Source: a virus. Taken from it: a stretch of 64,000 nucleotides of DNA. The stretch is taken from positions 31,726 through 95,725 of IMG/VR virus record IMGVR_UViG_3300006750_000004, one strand, 5' to 3'. The notes below the pieces were generated by a model, which had not been told where the DNA came from, ran no database searches, and worked only from the letters and a program-made list of their open reading frames with translations. Both the position numbers and the translations under genes were made by a program. Below are positions 56,361 through 64,000 of the stretch, piece by piece (position 1 is the first letter of the stretch; the number at the start of each line of letters is the position of its first letter).

Positions 56361-56848
56361 TGGCGAACTACAATTACCACTGTTTTGACTGCGAGAAAGC
56401 CGCACGCGAACAATACGCTGACCATCTAGTGGTGAATAGCAATGGGGAATCCGAGTTTCCTATTGAGATTTACGAAGAATTGGTGCTGTTCGAGACCTCG
56501 CACGCGATGCAACCGACAGAAGAAGAATTGCATGAGGCAACCGAATGCCCTAGATGCCATGGCCACAACTGTGAAAAAAGTTTCTATGGTGCCCAGATTT
56601 ATGGGTATACAAAGGGGTATGGATGGCTTGATCGAGCTGGTGCCAAACGGGACATGAATAGGCATAAACTGGCTAACGATGATCCATATGCCCCATATCG
56701 GGTAGATGGGGAAGTTGATCATATCGATCAGCAATTGAAGAAAGAAGGTCAATACGACCCTAAGAGGAAGCATTATCTGACCACTCCGGGACCGCATTTG
56801 GGAAAAGAGATAGATAAAGCTACCTCGACTCCAGCTGAAGAAGAGTGA
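56360..56848 (+). CDS. FmdB-type zinc-ribbon protein
   Basis: YNYHCFDC...CPRC...KG.GW. Confidence 0.65.
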   Translation: MANYNYHCFDCEKAAREQYADHLVVNSNGESEFPIEIYEELVLFETSHAMQPTEEELHEATECPRCHGHNCEKSFYGAQIYGYTKGYGWLDRAGAKRDMNRHKLANDDPYAPYRVDGEVDHIDQQLKKEGQYDPKRKHYLTTPGPHLGKEIDKATSTPAEEE

Positions 56849-57432
56849 TGGATTATGATCAACTCCTCTCTGTAGTCACTCATCGTCGTGATATACCCAA
56901 ATTACTCACCGCTTTAGGTCTAGTTGGTTATGGTGCGGAAGTTGGTGTTAAACATGCCGACTACTCAACATATTTATTAGCCAAATCTGAGTTATCACTC
57001 CTGTACTCAGTAGACTTCTGGTGCCACCCCAGTAAGTCCGAGACAGAAAATATCAGCGACTATATCTCCGCTTCTCTCAAGTTGTTTCCATATCTTGGGC
57101 GGAGTGTAATTCTACGTCTAGACCACCAGACGGCAGCTGGTCTCATCCCAAATGGTTCCCTAGATTTTGTTTATTATGATATAGGTCATGATCGGGTAAG
57201 TGTCAAAGAGGGAATCGATACCTGGTGGCCAAAGGTGAAAAATGGCGGTTTATTTTGTGGTCATATATTCCATAAGGTAGTGCAAGAAAACGGGGTGATA
57301 ACAAGTACGATGGCACCGCGTGAAGCACTCAATGAATTCTTGTCGGAAGTCAGATTAGAGGCTCACTATACATCTGAGCTACCAGGTCGTGGGACGAATT
57401 CGTGGATAGTGAGAAAACCAATTGATTTCTGA
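56845..57432 (+). CDS. Class I SAM-dependent methyltransferase (Methyltransf_24-like)
   Basis: GAEVGV, SVDFW, LDFVYYD, WWPKVKNGGLFCGH. Confidence 0.75.
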   Translation: MMDYDQLLSVVTHRRDIPKLLTALGLVGYGAEVGVKHADYSTYLLAKSELSLLYSVDFWCHPSKSETENISDYISASLKLFPYLGRSVILRLDHQTAAGLIPNGSLDFVYYDIGHDRVSVKEGIDTWWPKVKNGGLFCGHIFHKVVQENGVITSTMAPREALNEFLSEVRLEAHYTSELPGRGTNSWIVRKPIDF

Positions 57433-57470
57433 CACGGCCTTGTTTGCCTGTGTTGATAGGTGTCGAGGCT

Positions 57471-58784
57471 ATGATGAGCAATCTTTATGTTTACACATTA
57501 TTTGATCACGTTACTAGACTCCCCAGATGCACCGGAATTTTTGACGGTGGTCAAGTGGTTTTGGCAGAGTTGTATCGTGCTGGCGATCGTAAATCTATCG
57601 CCGATCTCTTTAAACAAACCAAGATTATTCGAAATTTAATCTTGTTGGCTAATACTCAGGGCCGCCCAGTTGTTTTATCTGACTTTAAAAGCCATATTCA
57701 GGCTTTTAATATACCACGGGACACTACTCATTATAACATTTATGATCTTCATCTTCCTGATGTTAGATCAACTGGGAAGAAGCAAAGTGATCATGCTTTG
57801 GTCCGTAAAATCTTGGCCAAAATGGTTGGAGCACCGACTCGGGAATATCAGCGTGTTATGGCCAATGCTGCTGTGGTCTACCAGGATTTAGAGGATAAGG
57901 GGCTGTTGGTTAACTACGGACTTGAAAAGCCGGTTTGGTCGCAGAAGACGTTTTCTGGACGCAGCAAGACTACTAAATTCAATATTCAGGGATACTCTAA
58001 TAATGATAAAATTCGATCTACAGCTATGCCGGATGATTCGATTTTGATTCATTTTGATTGGATTTGTGCTGATATTCGCGTGGCGTCATTACTATCCCAG
58101 GATGAGAACCTTCAGGTTGCTTTTGAATCGTCTGATCCATATATGGTTATGATGGAGGAGTTAAATAAGGGGGCGACGACTGATTTGTTGACTAGGGATG
58201 AATGTAAGACATATCTGCTGAAGTCGATTAACTCAATGGACTTTACTAGTGCCGCTCTCTCATCTGTCTACCCACAACTTGGTGATTGGATTGGGCGGTG
58301 TAAGCAGACTTTGTCGCGTGATAATGGGTATCTTGAGACATTGCTGAAACGTAGATTCCGTAGGGCTCAGGCAAAGAATGATTTGGCGGTCCTTAATGGG
58401 GTGATGCAAGGATCTGTTGCTCATGCTATGCAATTGTCGATCAGGCGGATTTGGGAAGTGATTCCGCAGTGTCTGATTACTGAAATCCATGACTCGTTAG
58501 TCATATCTGCCCATCCCACATCTCGTGGTATCAAGTCAGCGATAGATACTGTTTCCGAAATCATGTTGCACCCATTCAGGGGTGTGCTAAAAACTGATCC
58601 TGCGTTCCCGTTGAAGGTGAGTGTAGGTAAACGCTGGAAGAAATGGCACACGATGCGAGAGTATCGCGAGAGCGGAATTACCCATGTCCAACAAAAGAAA
58701 CAAGACGAAGGCTCGGCAGCAGACCAAGAAGAAATCTCTGGAGCGGAAGCGGAAGAAGAAAAAGCAGGCCGAGAAGAAACGTAG
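57471..58784 (+). CDS. Minimal family A DNA polymerase (no recognisable exonuclease domains)
   Basis: TFSGR...NIQ, motif A HFDWICADIR...LSQD, motif B RDECK, NGVMQGSVA, motif C EIHDSL. Confidence 0.8.
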   Translation: MMSNLYVYTLFDHVTRLPRCTGIFDGGQVVLAELYRAGDRKSIADLFKQTKIIRNLILLANTQGRPVVLSDFKSHIQAFNIPRDTTHYNIYDLHLPDVRSTGKKQSDHALVRKILAKMVGAPTREYQRVMANAAVVYQDLEDKGLLVNYGLEKPVWSQKTFSGRSKTTKFNIQGYSNNDKIRSTAMPDDSILIHFDWICADIRVASLLSQDENLQVAFESSDPYMVMMEELNKGATTDLLTRDECKTYLLKSINSMDFTSAALSSVYPQLGDWIGRCKQTLSRDNGYLETLLKRRFRRAQAKNDLAVLNGVMQGSVAHAMQLSIRRIWEVIPQCLITEIHDSLVISAHPTSRGIKSAIDTVSEIMLHPFRGVLKTDPAFPLKVSVGKRWKKWHTMREYRESGITHVQQKKQDEGSAADQEEISGAEAEEEKAGREET

Positions 58785-59013
58785 GAAGAATGTCAAGTCG
58801 ACTGACACGGTTCGTGCTGAAAATCTCATTTCGCAGCTCGAGCAGCAGAAGGTCCCTAGTTTCAATAGGGGTGCCTTCCAGGCGTCGCGGCCTCCAAGTA
58901 ATACCACATCAGGCACTGTAAAGAGTGCCGTATTAGATAACAAGCAACCAAGTGTAGGCTTCCAAAAGGGAGCGTGGGGACCACCACCGAATGAGCATAC
59001 CGAAGAGGGGTGA
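58684..59013 (+). CDS. basic hypothetical protein
   Basis: Lys/Arg-rich 109-aa ORF overlapping the polymerase C-terminus. Confidence 0.4.
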   Translation: MSNKRNKTKARQQTKKKSLERKRKKKKQAEKKRRKNVKSTDTVRAENLISQLEQQKVPSFNRGAFQASRPPSNTTSGTVKSAVLDNKQPSVGFQKGAWGPPPNEHTEEG

Positions 59014-59518
59014 AATCCCCAAATGGATGGACGAGAATCTGCCCGAAGAATTACTCGGGACTGGTTTGTTCGCATTCAAAGTGAATCTGCGGGTTAAAGA
59101 CCCCAACACCGGTTTACCACGTGTCATAGCCTTGGATATGTTACCCGATCTTATGTGCGATCGGGAAATGATCGAATTCCAAATGGAGGATATTCCGGCA
59201 GCTTATGCTTTTTGGTCCGCAGTTTATTCCGAACTACGGATGAACGTTTCTGTCTTGGAACGAGCTGTCAAAATCCGAAAGGGTCAAGCGGTGAAGGAAG
59301 TCCAAGAGAGTGCGAGAGAAGAGAATATCCGATTTACTGGGGATCAGGTTAAGATCGTTATGGAAGCCGACCCTGAACTTGGCAAATTGGATCAGGGACT
59401 TGCTAAAGTACAAATGCATACCGGCAAGGTCTATCATATGATGGAAGCCCTGAAGATGAAGGCAGAATTAGCTCGGTCACTACTCGCGACCAAGCGACAA
59501 GAGTATGACAAAAGTTGA
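58991..59518 (+). CDS. UvsY-like recombination mediator
   Basis: Helical protein immediately upstream of the gp32-like SSB; MEADPEL pattern similar to UvsY. Confidence 0.45.
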   Translation: MSIPKRGEIPKWMDENLPEELLGTGLFAFKVNLRVKDPNTGLPRVIALDMLPDLMCDREMIEFQMEDIPAAYAFWSAVYSELRMNVSVLERAVKIRKGQAVKEVQESAREENIRFTGDQVKIVMEADPELGKLDQGLAKVQMHTGKVYHMMEALKMKAELARSLLATKRQEYDKS

Positions 59519-59538
59519 TGCTAATACTATTGACCACA

Positions 59539-59561
59539 GCGGGGGTTGGCCCCGCGTTTTT
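59539..59561 (+). terminator. probable intrinsic terminator
   Basis: GCGGGG-GTTGG-CCCCGC followed by GTTTTT. Confidence 0.55.
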
Positions 59562-59597
59562 CATTTCGATGTTAAGGTAACCTCAGGAGTTTGACAA

Positions 59598-60704
59598 ATG
59601 GCTTATGACGTAGAAGCAATCCGCAAAAAGCTCAAGCAATCCCAAGCCGGAAAATACACTGATCCGGATGAATTCAAACCGGCAAAGGCAAAAGACGGCA
59701 CCACCGCTATCAGGTACCGATTTTTCATACTGCCACCTCTCCAACTGGGCTTCAAGCTCAAGAGCGGGGAAGTGTTGAAGGATATGGAACAGTTTTACAT
59801 TCAGCATGCCAACCATTGGGTCAATGATCGACCACACCCCTGCCCACGAGTCTGGAGCAGCGAGGAATGTCCAGTGTGCAAATTCGGCTTCGACATGCTT
59901 AAGGAGGAGAAGGACGAAGATAAGCGACGTGCTATTATCAAGCAATGGATGCCGACGACCTATCAGGCCGTCAACATCTACTTTCCACATTGGAAGCATA
60001 ACCCGGAAGACCTTCGCGGCAAAGTCAAGTGGTACAACGCCCCTAAGACGTTGTTCGATCACTGGACCGCCACCCTGATGAAGGACGACGCCGGGGATCC
60101 AGAAGAACCGGAAGCACATGGTGTGTTCTTCGATGAGTCTGCTGCTTACCTTTATCAGCTTGAAGTCCTCAAGCAAGGAAAGCAGAATAGTTATCGCACC
60201 AGTCACTTTCTCGCTAATGGCGGCATTGGCCAGCCAATGGTGAAGGACGAGGATGGATCGTTGAACGAGAAGGGTGTCGCCACTCTACTCCGTCTCCGCC
60301 ATAACCTCTGGGATAAACTGGAAGAGCCTGATATGGCGAAGATCAAGAAGCTCTATAGCGTCATGGTCGAAGGTGATGACGACGACGATGACGGTGGTGG
60401 TGGCTTCGATTCCGACGAAACCAAGTCGGAGACAAAGCCCACGAAGACGAAGACGAAGACTAAGACGGAGTATAAGAAGCCGCCAAAGGACGATGACGAA
60501 GATGTTGTCGACCACATTGACCCAGGCCCGGCAGACGATGCCCCAGATCCGGGTCCGTCCGACGAATCATCTTCACTTGCCGACGAGGCACCGATTGACG
60601 ACACTGACTCTGACTCGCCGGAGCCGGTAGCTGCCACCGCTGATAGTGGGGAAGAATCGAATGAGATCTCCGCACTGCTTAGTCAATTAGAAGATGATGA
60701 CTAA
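59598..60704 (+). CDS. T4 gp32-like single-stranded DNA-binding protein
   Basis: RFFILPP, HANHW...CPR..EECPVC, GKVKWY, Y..S.F, long acidic C-terminal tail. Confidence 0.85.
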   Translation: MAYDVEAIRKKLKQSQAGKYTDPDEFKPAKAKDGTTAIRYRFFILPPLQLGFKLKSGEVLKDMEQFYIQHANHWVNDRPHPCPRVWSSEECPVCKFGFDMLKEEKDEDKRRAIIKQWMPTTYQAVNIYFPHWKHNPEDLRGKVKWYNAPKTLFDHWTATLMKDDAGDPEEPEAHGVFFDESAAYLYQLEVLKQGKQNSYRTSHFLANGGIGQPMVKDEDGSLNEKGVATLLRLRHNLWDKLEEPDMAKIKKLYSVMVEGDDDDDDGGGGFDSDETKSETKPTKTKTKTKTEYKKPPKDDDEDVVDHIDPGPADDAPDPGPSDESSSLADEAPIDDTDSDSPEPVAATADSGEESNEISALLSQLEDDD

Positions 60705-60714
60705 AGTCATGCTA

Positions 60715-60750
60715 GTCACAGGCGGCCTTCGGGCCGCCTGTGACCTTTTT
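60715..60750 (+). terminator. intrinsic terminator with C(UUCG)G loop
   Basis: 13-bp perfect stem GTCACAGGCGGCC-TTCG-GGCCGCCTGTGAC followed by CTTTTT. Confidence 0.85.
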
Positions 60751-60760
60751 GGGTATAGGT

Positions 60761-61603
60761 ATGAGTGCTAAACCGGCTTTACTGGTGGATGCCAGGAATG
60801 CACTGTACCGAGCGATCTTCGCCACTAAGCATGACACTAGATTCGATGTGAAGTATCATTACTTTGTCATCTTTCTGCGTCAAATGGCGAGTTGGATTCG
60901 GCGGTATGATCCTGTTTCTGTCCACGTTTTTTGGGATGCTCCACGTCAAACGGTGTGGCGTAGGAAGCTCTATCCTACATATAAAGATCGCGATGATAGC
61001 AAGTACACGGAGGATATCTCCGAAGAGTTGTCTATGACAACATCTGTGTCGCAGGCATTTTTCACCAAGATGGGAGTGCGGCAATATTCTAGGAAAGAAA
61101 TGGAAGCTGATGATCTCATCTATGCTGCTGTTTCTGCTCTGCATCCACTACCCACAGTGATCGTGTCCACAGACAGTGACATGATTCAGATCCCATATCG
61201 ATTCTCTAGCTCTGTGGTGTACCATCCCCAGAAGCAAGAAGAGGTGCAAGTGCCAGATGTAAATCCGGTAATGCAGAAGGCACTGATTGGAGATAAATCT
61301 GATAATATTGATGGATATTATGGCATCGGTCCCAAGAAAAGTGCAATCATGCTGGCGGATTTTACGACGTTGGATGATTTTTTGAAACTCAAGGGTCGGA
61401 GGATTTTTGGCTTAAATATGGCATTGATTGATCTGGCTATGTGCCCACGATTACTGGCCAATACTCTATATGTGAACCGCCGATTAGCGGAAGAGGTAGA
61501 ATTTTCCAAGAAGGACATTGACGAGATGACTCGCAAATATAAAGTCAATGGTATGATGCAAGAATACTCTAATCTGGTTCCACCATTTAAGAAATTAGCG
61601 TGA
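60761..61603 (+). CDS. 5'-3' exonuclease/flap endonuclease (T4 RNase H-like)
   Basis: LLVDARN, VFWD, WRR.LYP.YK, EADD, STDSD, GDKSDNIDG..GIGPK. Confidence 0.92.
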   Translation: MSAKPALLVDARNALYRAIFATKHDTRFDVKYHYFVIFLRQMASWIRRYDPVSVHVFWDAPRQTVWRRKLYPTYKDRDDSKYTEDISEELSMTTSVSQAFFTKMGVRQYSRKEMEADDLIYAAVSALHPLPTVIVSTDSDMIQIPYRFSSSVVYHPQKQEEVQVPDVNPVMQKALIGDKSDNIDGYYGIGPKKSAIMLADFTTLDDFLKLKGRRIFGLNMALIDLAMCPRLLANTLYVNRRLAEEVEFSKKDIDEMTRKYKVNGMMQEYSNLVPPFKKLA

Positions 61604-61642
61604 CAGAAAAAATAGGTAGAACCAGCTAACAGGAGAATATAA

Positions 61643-61927
61643 ATGGCTATTGGCATTCATGTTGTTCGAGTCGCCTTCTTGAAAGTAGATGCGACCGGTG
61701 CTGTCCTCAGTAAGGAGGACCCGGATGTCACTCTCAAGCAACAATTGACGGGTGGTCATGATCACCGTATCATTTCAAGTGCTATTGTTCCTAATTCGAC
61801 CACTCAACCTACTGTGAAGGCATACTTAGAAGCAGAGGCGAGTGACGATTATGTTCTGGAATATATGGACCAGAATACAATTATCACTTACCGTAGGACA
61901 GCAGCTGGTGGATTTTCGGCACCATAA
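61643..61927 (+). CDS. hypothetical protein
   Basis: 94-aa ORF with AGGAG RBS. Confidence 0.6.
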   Translation: MAIGIHVVRVAFLKVDATGAVLSKEDPDVTLKQQLTGGHDHRIISSAIVPNSTTQPTVKAYLEAEASDDYVLEYMDQNTIITYRRTAAGGFSAP

Positions 61928-62056
61928 ATGGGCAATATCTATTGTAAATAGGTGTATTCCTGTAATTTCCAGGAAAGCCAGCTTACCATAGTGTGATACC
62001 TAGCGATGGTCGGGAGTGGCTTGGTTTTGTGCAATGGCTACACAAACGCTGAGTGA

Positions 62057-62296
62057 TTGATTGATCCAACAACCCGAACATGTCACACTTATATGAATTT
62101 CAGGGAGTCATCCACCAAACGGATCATGCTCTTGAGCCACGAAATGGGCCAAGAGATGAGTTGTGAAGAAGTACTTAAGAAGGCGAAACGCTTAATTCGC
62201 TACCTTCGTAAGGAAGAAGGTGTTAAAAAAGCGGATATAGATTACGCTCTTCATTACTGGCAAGAATTGTTGGAAAAGAAGTACTATGGTGGATAA
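62057..62296 (+). CDS. hypothetical protein
   Basis: Short ORF; start uncertain. Confidence 0.4.
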   Translation: MIDPTTRTCHTYMNFRESSTKRIMLLSHEMGQEMSCEEVLKKAKRLIRYLRKEEGVKKADIDYALHYWQELLEKKYYGG

Positions 62297-63008
62297 ATCT
62301 GATTGGATGGAAAAAGCTCGTGGTGATCTTGGTAAGCTTACCAAAGATCAACTTATTGAGAAGATTATCCAGAAGCGGAAAGAGACATTCTCTAAAACTG
62401 GTAAACGCAACGTAGCCACCTCGAAAAGCCACGAAAGGCGTTGTAAAAAACTTCTGACTGAATGGGCGGGTGTCGAATTTAGGCGGCGTCGAGTTGAAGG
62501 AAGAGGCGACGATGTGTCCGTCGTAGAGGGTGTTGCGGATATTATCCCAGTAGAAGGAAAAATCCTATTCGCCATCGAATCTAAAAAGGGTGAGGATTTC
62601 AGCCTAGATGGGTTATTCCTCAATTCGCATGGTGCCAGGTTTACTAAATGGTGGCACCAGGTGAATTACGACGCTAAACTCCTAACAGAGAAGCTCGGTG
62701 CAAAGCGGTGGCCGTTACTCTTTTTCAAGCCACATCCTAATTGGGATTGGGTAGCTGTGCCTATCAAGTGCTTTGAGAATGAGATCTTGGTCTCGAAAAA
62801 TTATCCTTCTGATTTTTATGGAGGAAAATGCTGGTTCCAGCATATCTCTTACGATGCATACCGTTGGATAGGTCCGGTCACACACAATATTGCCACATCT
62901 ACTAAGAATAAGGTGATGGAGGCACTTGATCTAGAACCCTGTATTATGTGCCGATGGAAAGATTTTGCCACTAACGTTGATCCGCAATCGATATTCGTCC
63001 AAACCTAA
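62286..63008 (+). CDS. PD-(D/E)XK nuclease, Holliday-junction resolvase-like
   Basis: HERR...L, FRR, ADII...FAIESKK, WWHQ, PLLFFK. Confidence 0.7.
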   Translation: MVDKSDWMEKARGDLGKLTKDQLIEKIIQKRKETFSKTGKRNVATSKSHERRCKKLLTEWAGVEFRRRRVEGRGDDVSVVEGVADIIPVEGKILFAIESKKGEDFSLDGLFLNSHGARFTKWWHQVNYDAKLLTEKLGAKRWPLLFFKPHPNWDWVAVPIKCFENEILVSKNYPSDFYGGKCWFQHISYDAYRWIGPVTHNIATSTKNKVMEALDLEPCIMCRWKDFATNVDPQSIFVQT

Positions 63009-63021
63009 AGAGGAGGACAAA

Positions 63022-63204
63022 ATGACTTGTAAATCATGTGGAGGCAAGAATTCTTCAATCAGAATTGATCGAGCAGGGATACATATTACACCCGCTAAAG
63101 TGGTGAAGACTACTGCCGCTATACAACAGCTCGGATCGAGAAAGCTGATTGCTAGGACTTCTGTCTCTGTACCAGCAAATCGTATCGATAAATATCGAGC
63201 ATAA
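63022..63204 (+). CDS. small basic protein (MTCKSCGG)
   Basis: GAGGAGG RBS. Confidence 0.55.
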   Translation: MTCKSCGGKNSSIRIDRAGIHITPAKVVKTTAAIQQLGSRKLIARTSVSVPANRIDKYRA

Positions 63205-63206
63205 AT

Positions 63207-63467
63207 ATGGCATGTGGTGGATGTGGCGGCGGTAAAGGACGAAAACTCCGCACACAACAAATTTCTAAGTCTAAGGCGAAGCCTCAAAAAGCCGCTAAGG
63301 TACAACGTGTAAGACGGCGTGCCACTCGCCCAGTAAGTATTGCTAGACAACGTGTTGAACCTCATGCCCGATGCCCATCGTGTGGTTACCCAACCATGCT
63401 CGTAAATATCGGCGGACGTGAGAGACAACAATGTAGCAATGCTAACTGTAGGCAGATTATCAAGTGA
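63207..63467 (+). CDS. small basic Cys/Zn-ribbon protein (MACGGCGG)
   Basis: CGGC, CPSC...CSNANC. Confidence 0.6.
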   Translation: MACGGCGGGKGRKLRTQQISKSKAKPQKAAKVQRVRRRATRPVSIARQRVEPHARCPSCGYPTMLVNIGGRERQQCSNANCRQIIK

Positions 63468-63928
63468 TTGACTTTGGACTACTCATCATATTAGTGATCG
63501 CGACTGAAGCGGTGACAGAAATAATTGTTGCTTCTGAGTTCCCACTATTTCTATGGTTCCGCAACAATCTTGCTCAAAGAGCCATTCCAGATACCCCACG
63601 TAATGATTTCAAGCAACAGACTACTGTTGCTGTTTATAAATTGTTTAGTTGCGGGTATTGCTTCAGTGTTTGGACCGCAGGATTCTTCGCTTTATTCACT
63701 CCTGAATTGTTTTACAACCAATTCGTCAACTGGATGTGTATGACGTTCCTTTTGCATCGTTTGGCTAATTGGTTGCATGTAATATATGAATTGGTTAGGA
63801 AAGGAAGGGTCTCTACCCATGATGCTGAATTATCTGTTAGGGTTATTATGGTAGAACCTGATGAGGACGAGGATGAGGACGAGGATGACAACGTTGGTGA
63901 ATTAGTCGAGTCTTTGGAGAAATCCTGA
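63464..63928 (+). CDS. DUF1360-like membrane protein
   Basis: Transmembrane segments with LFSCGYCFSVW; acidic tail. Confidence 0.6.
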   Translation: MIDFGLLIILVIATEAVTEIIVASEFPLFLWFRNNLAQRAIPDTPRNDFKQQTTVAVYKLFSCGYCFSVWTAGFFALFTPELFYNQFVNWMCMTFLLHRLANWLHVIYELVRKGRVSTHDAELSVRVIMVEPDEDEDEDEDDNVGELVESLEKS

Positions 63929-64000
63929 TGGAGAATTTAGAACGTGCCAAAGCTCGGGATGCTCGCCGACTTAGTAAGGTTATCCTTGATCCAGTAGAAG
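63928..64000 (+). CDS. hypothetical protein, 5' part only
   Basis: TGATG overlap; MENLERAKARDARRLSKVILDPVE runs off the window. Confidence 0.4.
   Translation, partial: MENLERAKARDARRLSKVILDPVE

Noticed and set aside
1-64000. Stop-codon reassignment as seen in some jumbo phages
   Set aside because: Conserved genes are intact in code 11 and all three stop codons terminate genes.

Overview
This window looks like part of a large (jumbo-type) tailed bacteriophage genome read in the standard genetic code. It has a T4-like replication/recombination core: gp46/gp47, RecA/UvsX, gp41 helicase, UvsY-like protein, gp32 SSB, RNase H/FEN, a resolvase-like nuclease, GroES and a gp55-like sigma factor. The DnaE polymerase is encoded in three pieces, with one break made by a split intein that has a free-standing homing endonuclease between its halves. 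Also present are a minimal family A polymerase, a PurZ-type adenylosuccinate synthetase homologue, Kdo/ulosonate genes (kdsA-like, kdsB, a GT-aldolase fusion) with many glycosyltransferases, and an actin-like ATPase. The most striking unexplained structure is a family of 7 minus-strand genes (21.5-26.4 kb and 51-52 kb) built from 14 modules. Each module has a constant acidic tag, [DES]-Y-x-G-L-E-D-x-D-x-F, followed by an unrelated and often zinc-finger cargo. Thirteen of the 14 tags sit just after an [ILV]-x-E motif resembling a T4 prohead-protease cleavage site. An MKLxxIxE leader, resembling a capsid-targeting sequence, is shared with two ADP-ribosyltransferase-like genes. I infer a shuffled library of capsid-packaged, protease-processed tagged effectors. 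All calls come from motif recognition by eye; no database searches were run.
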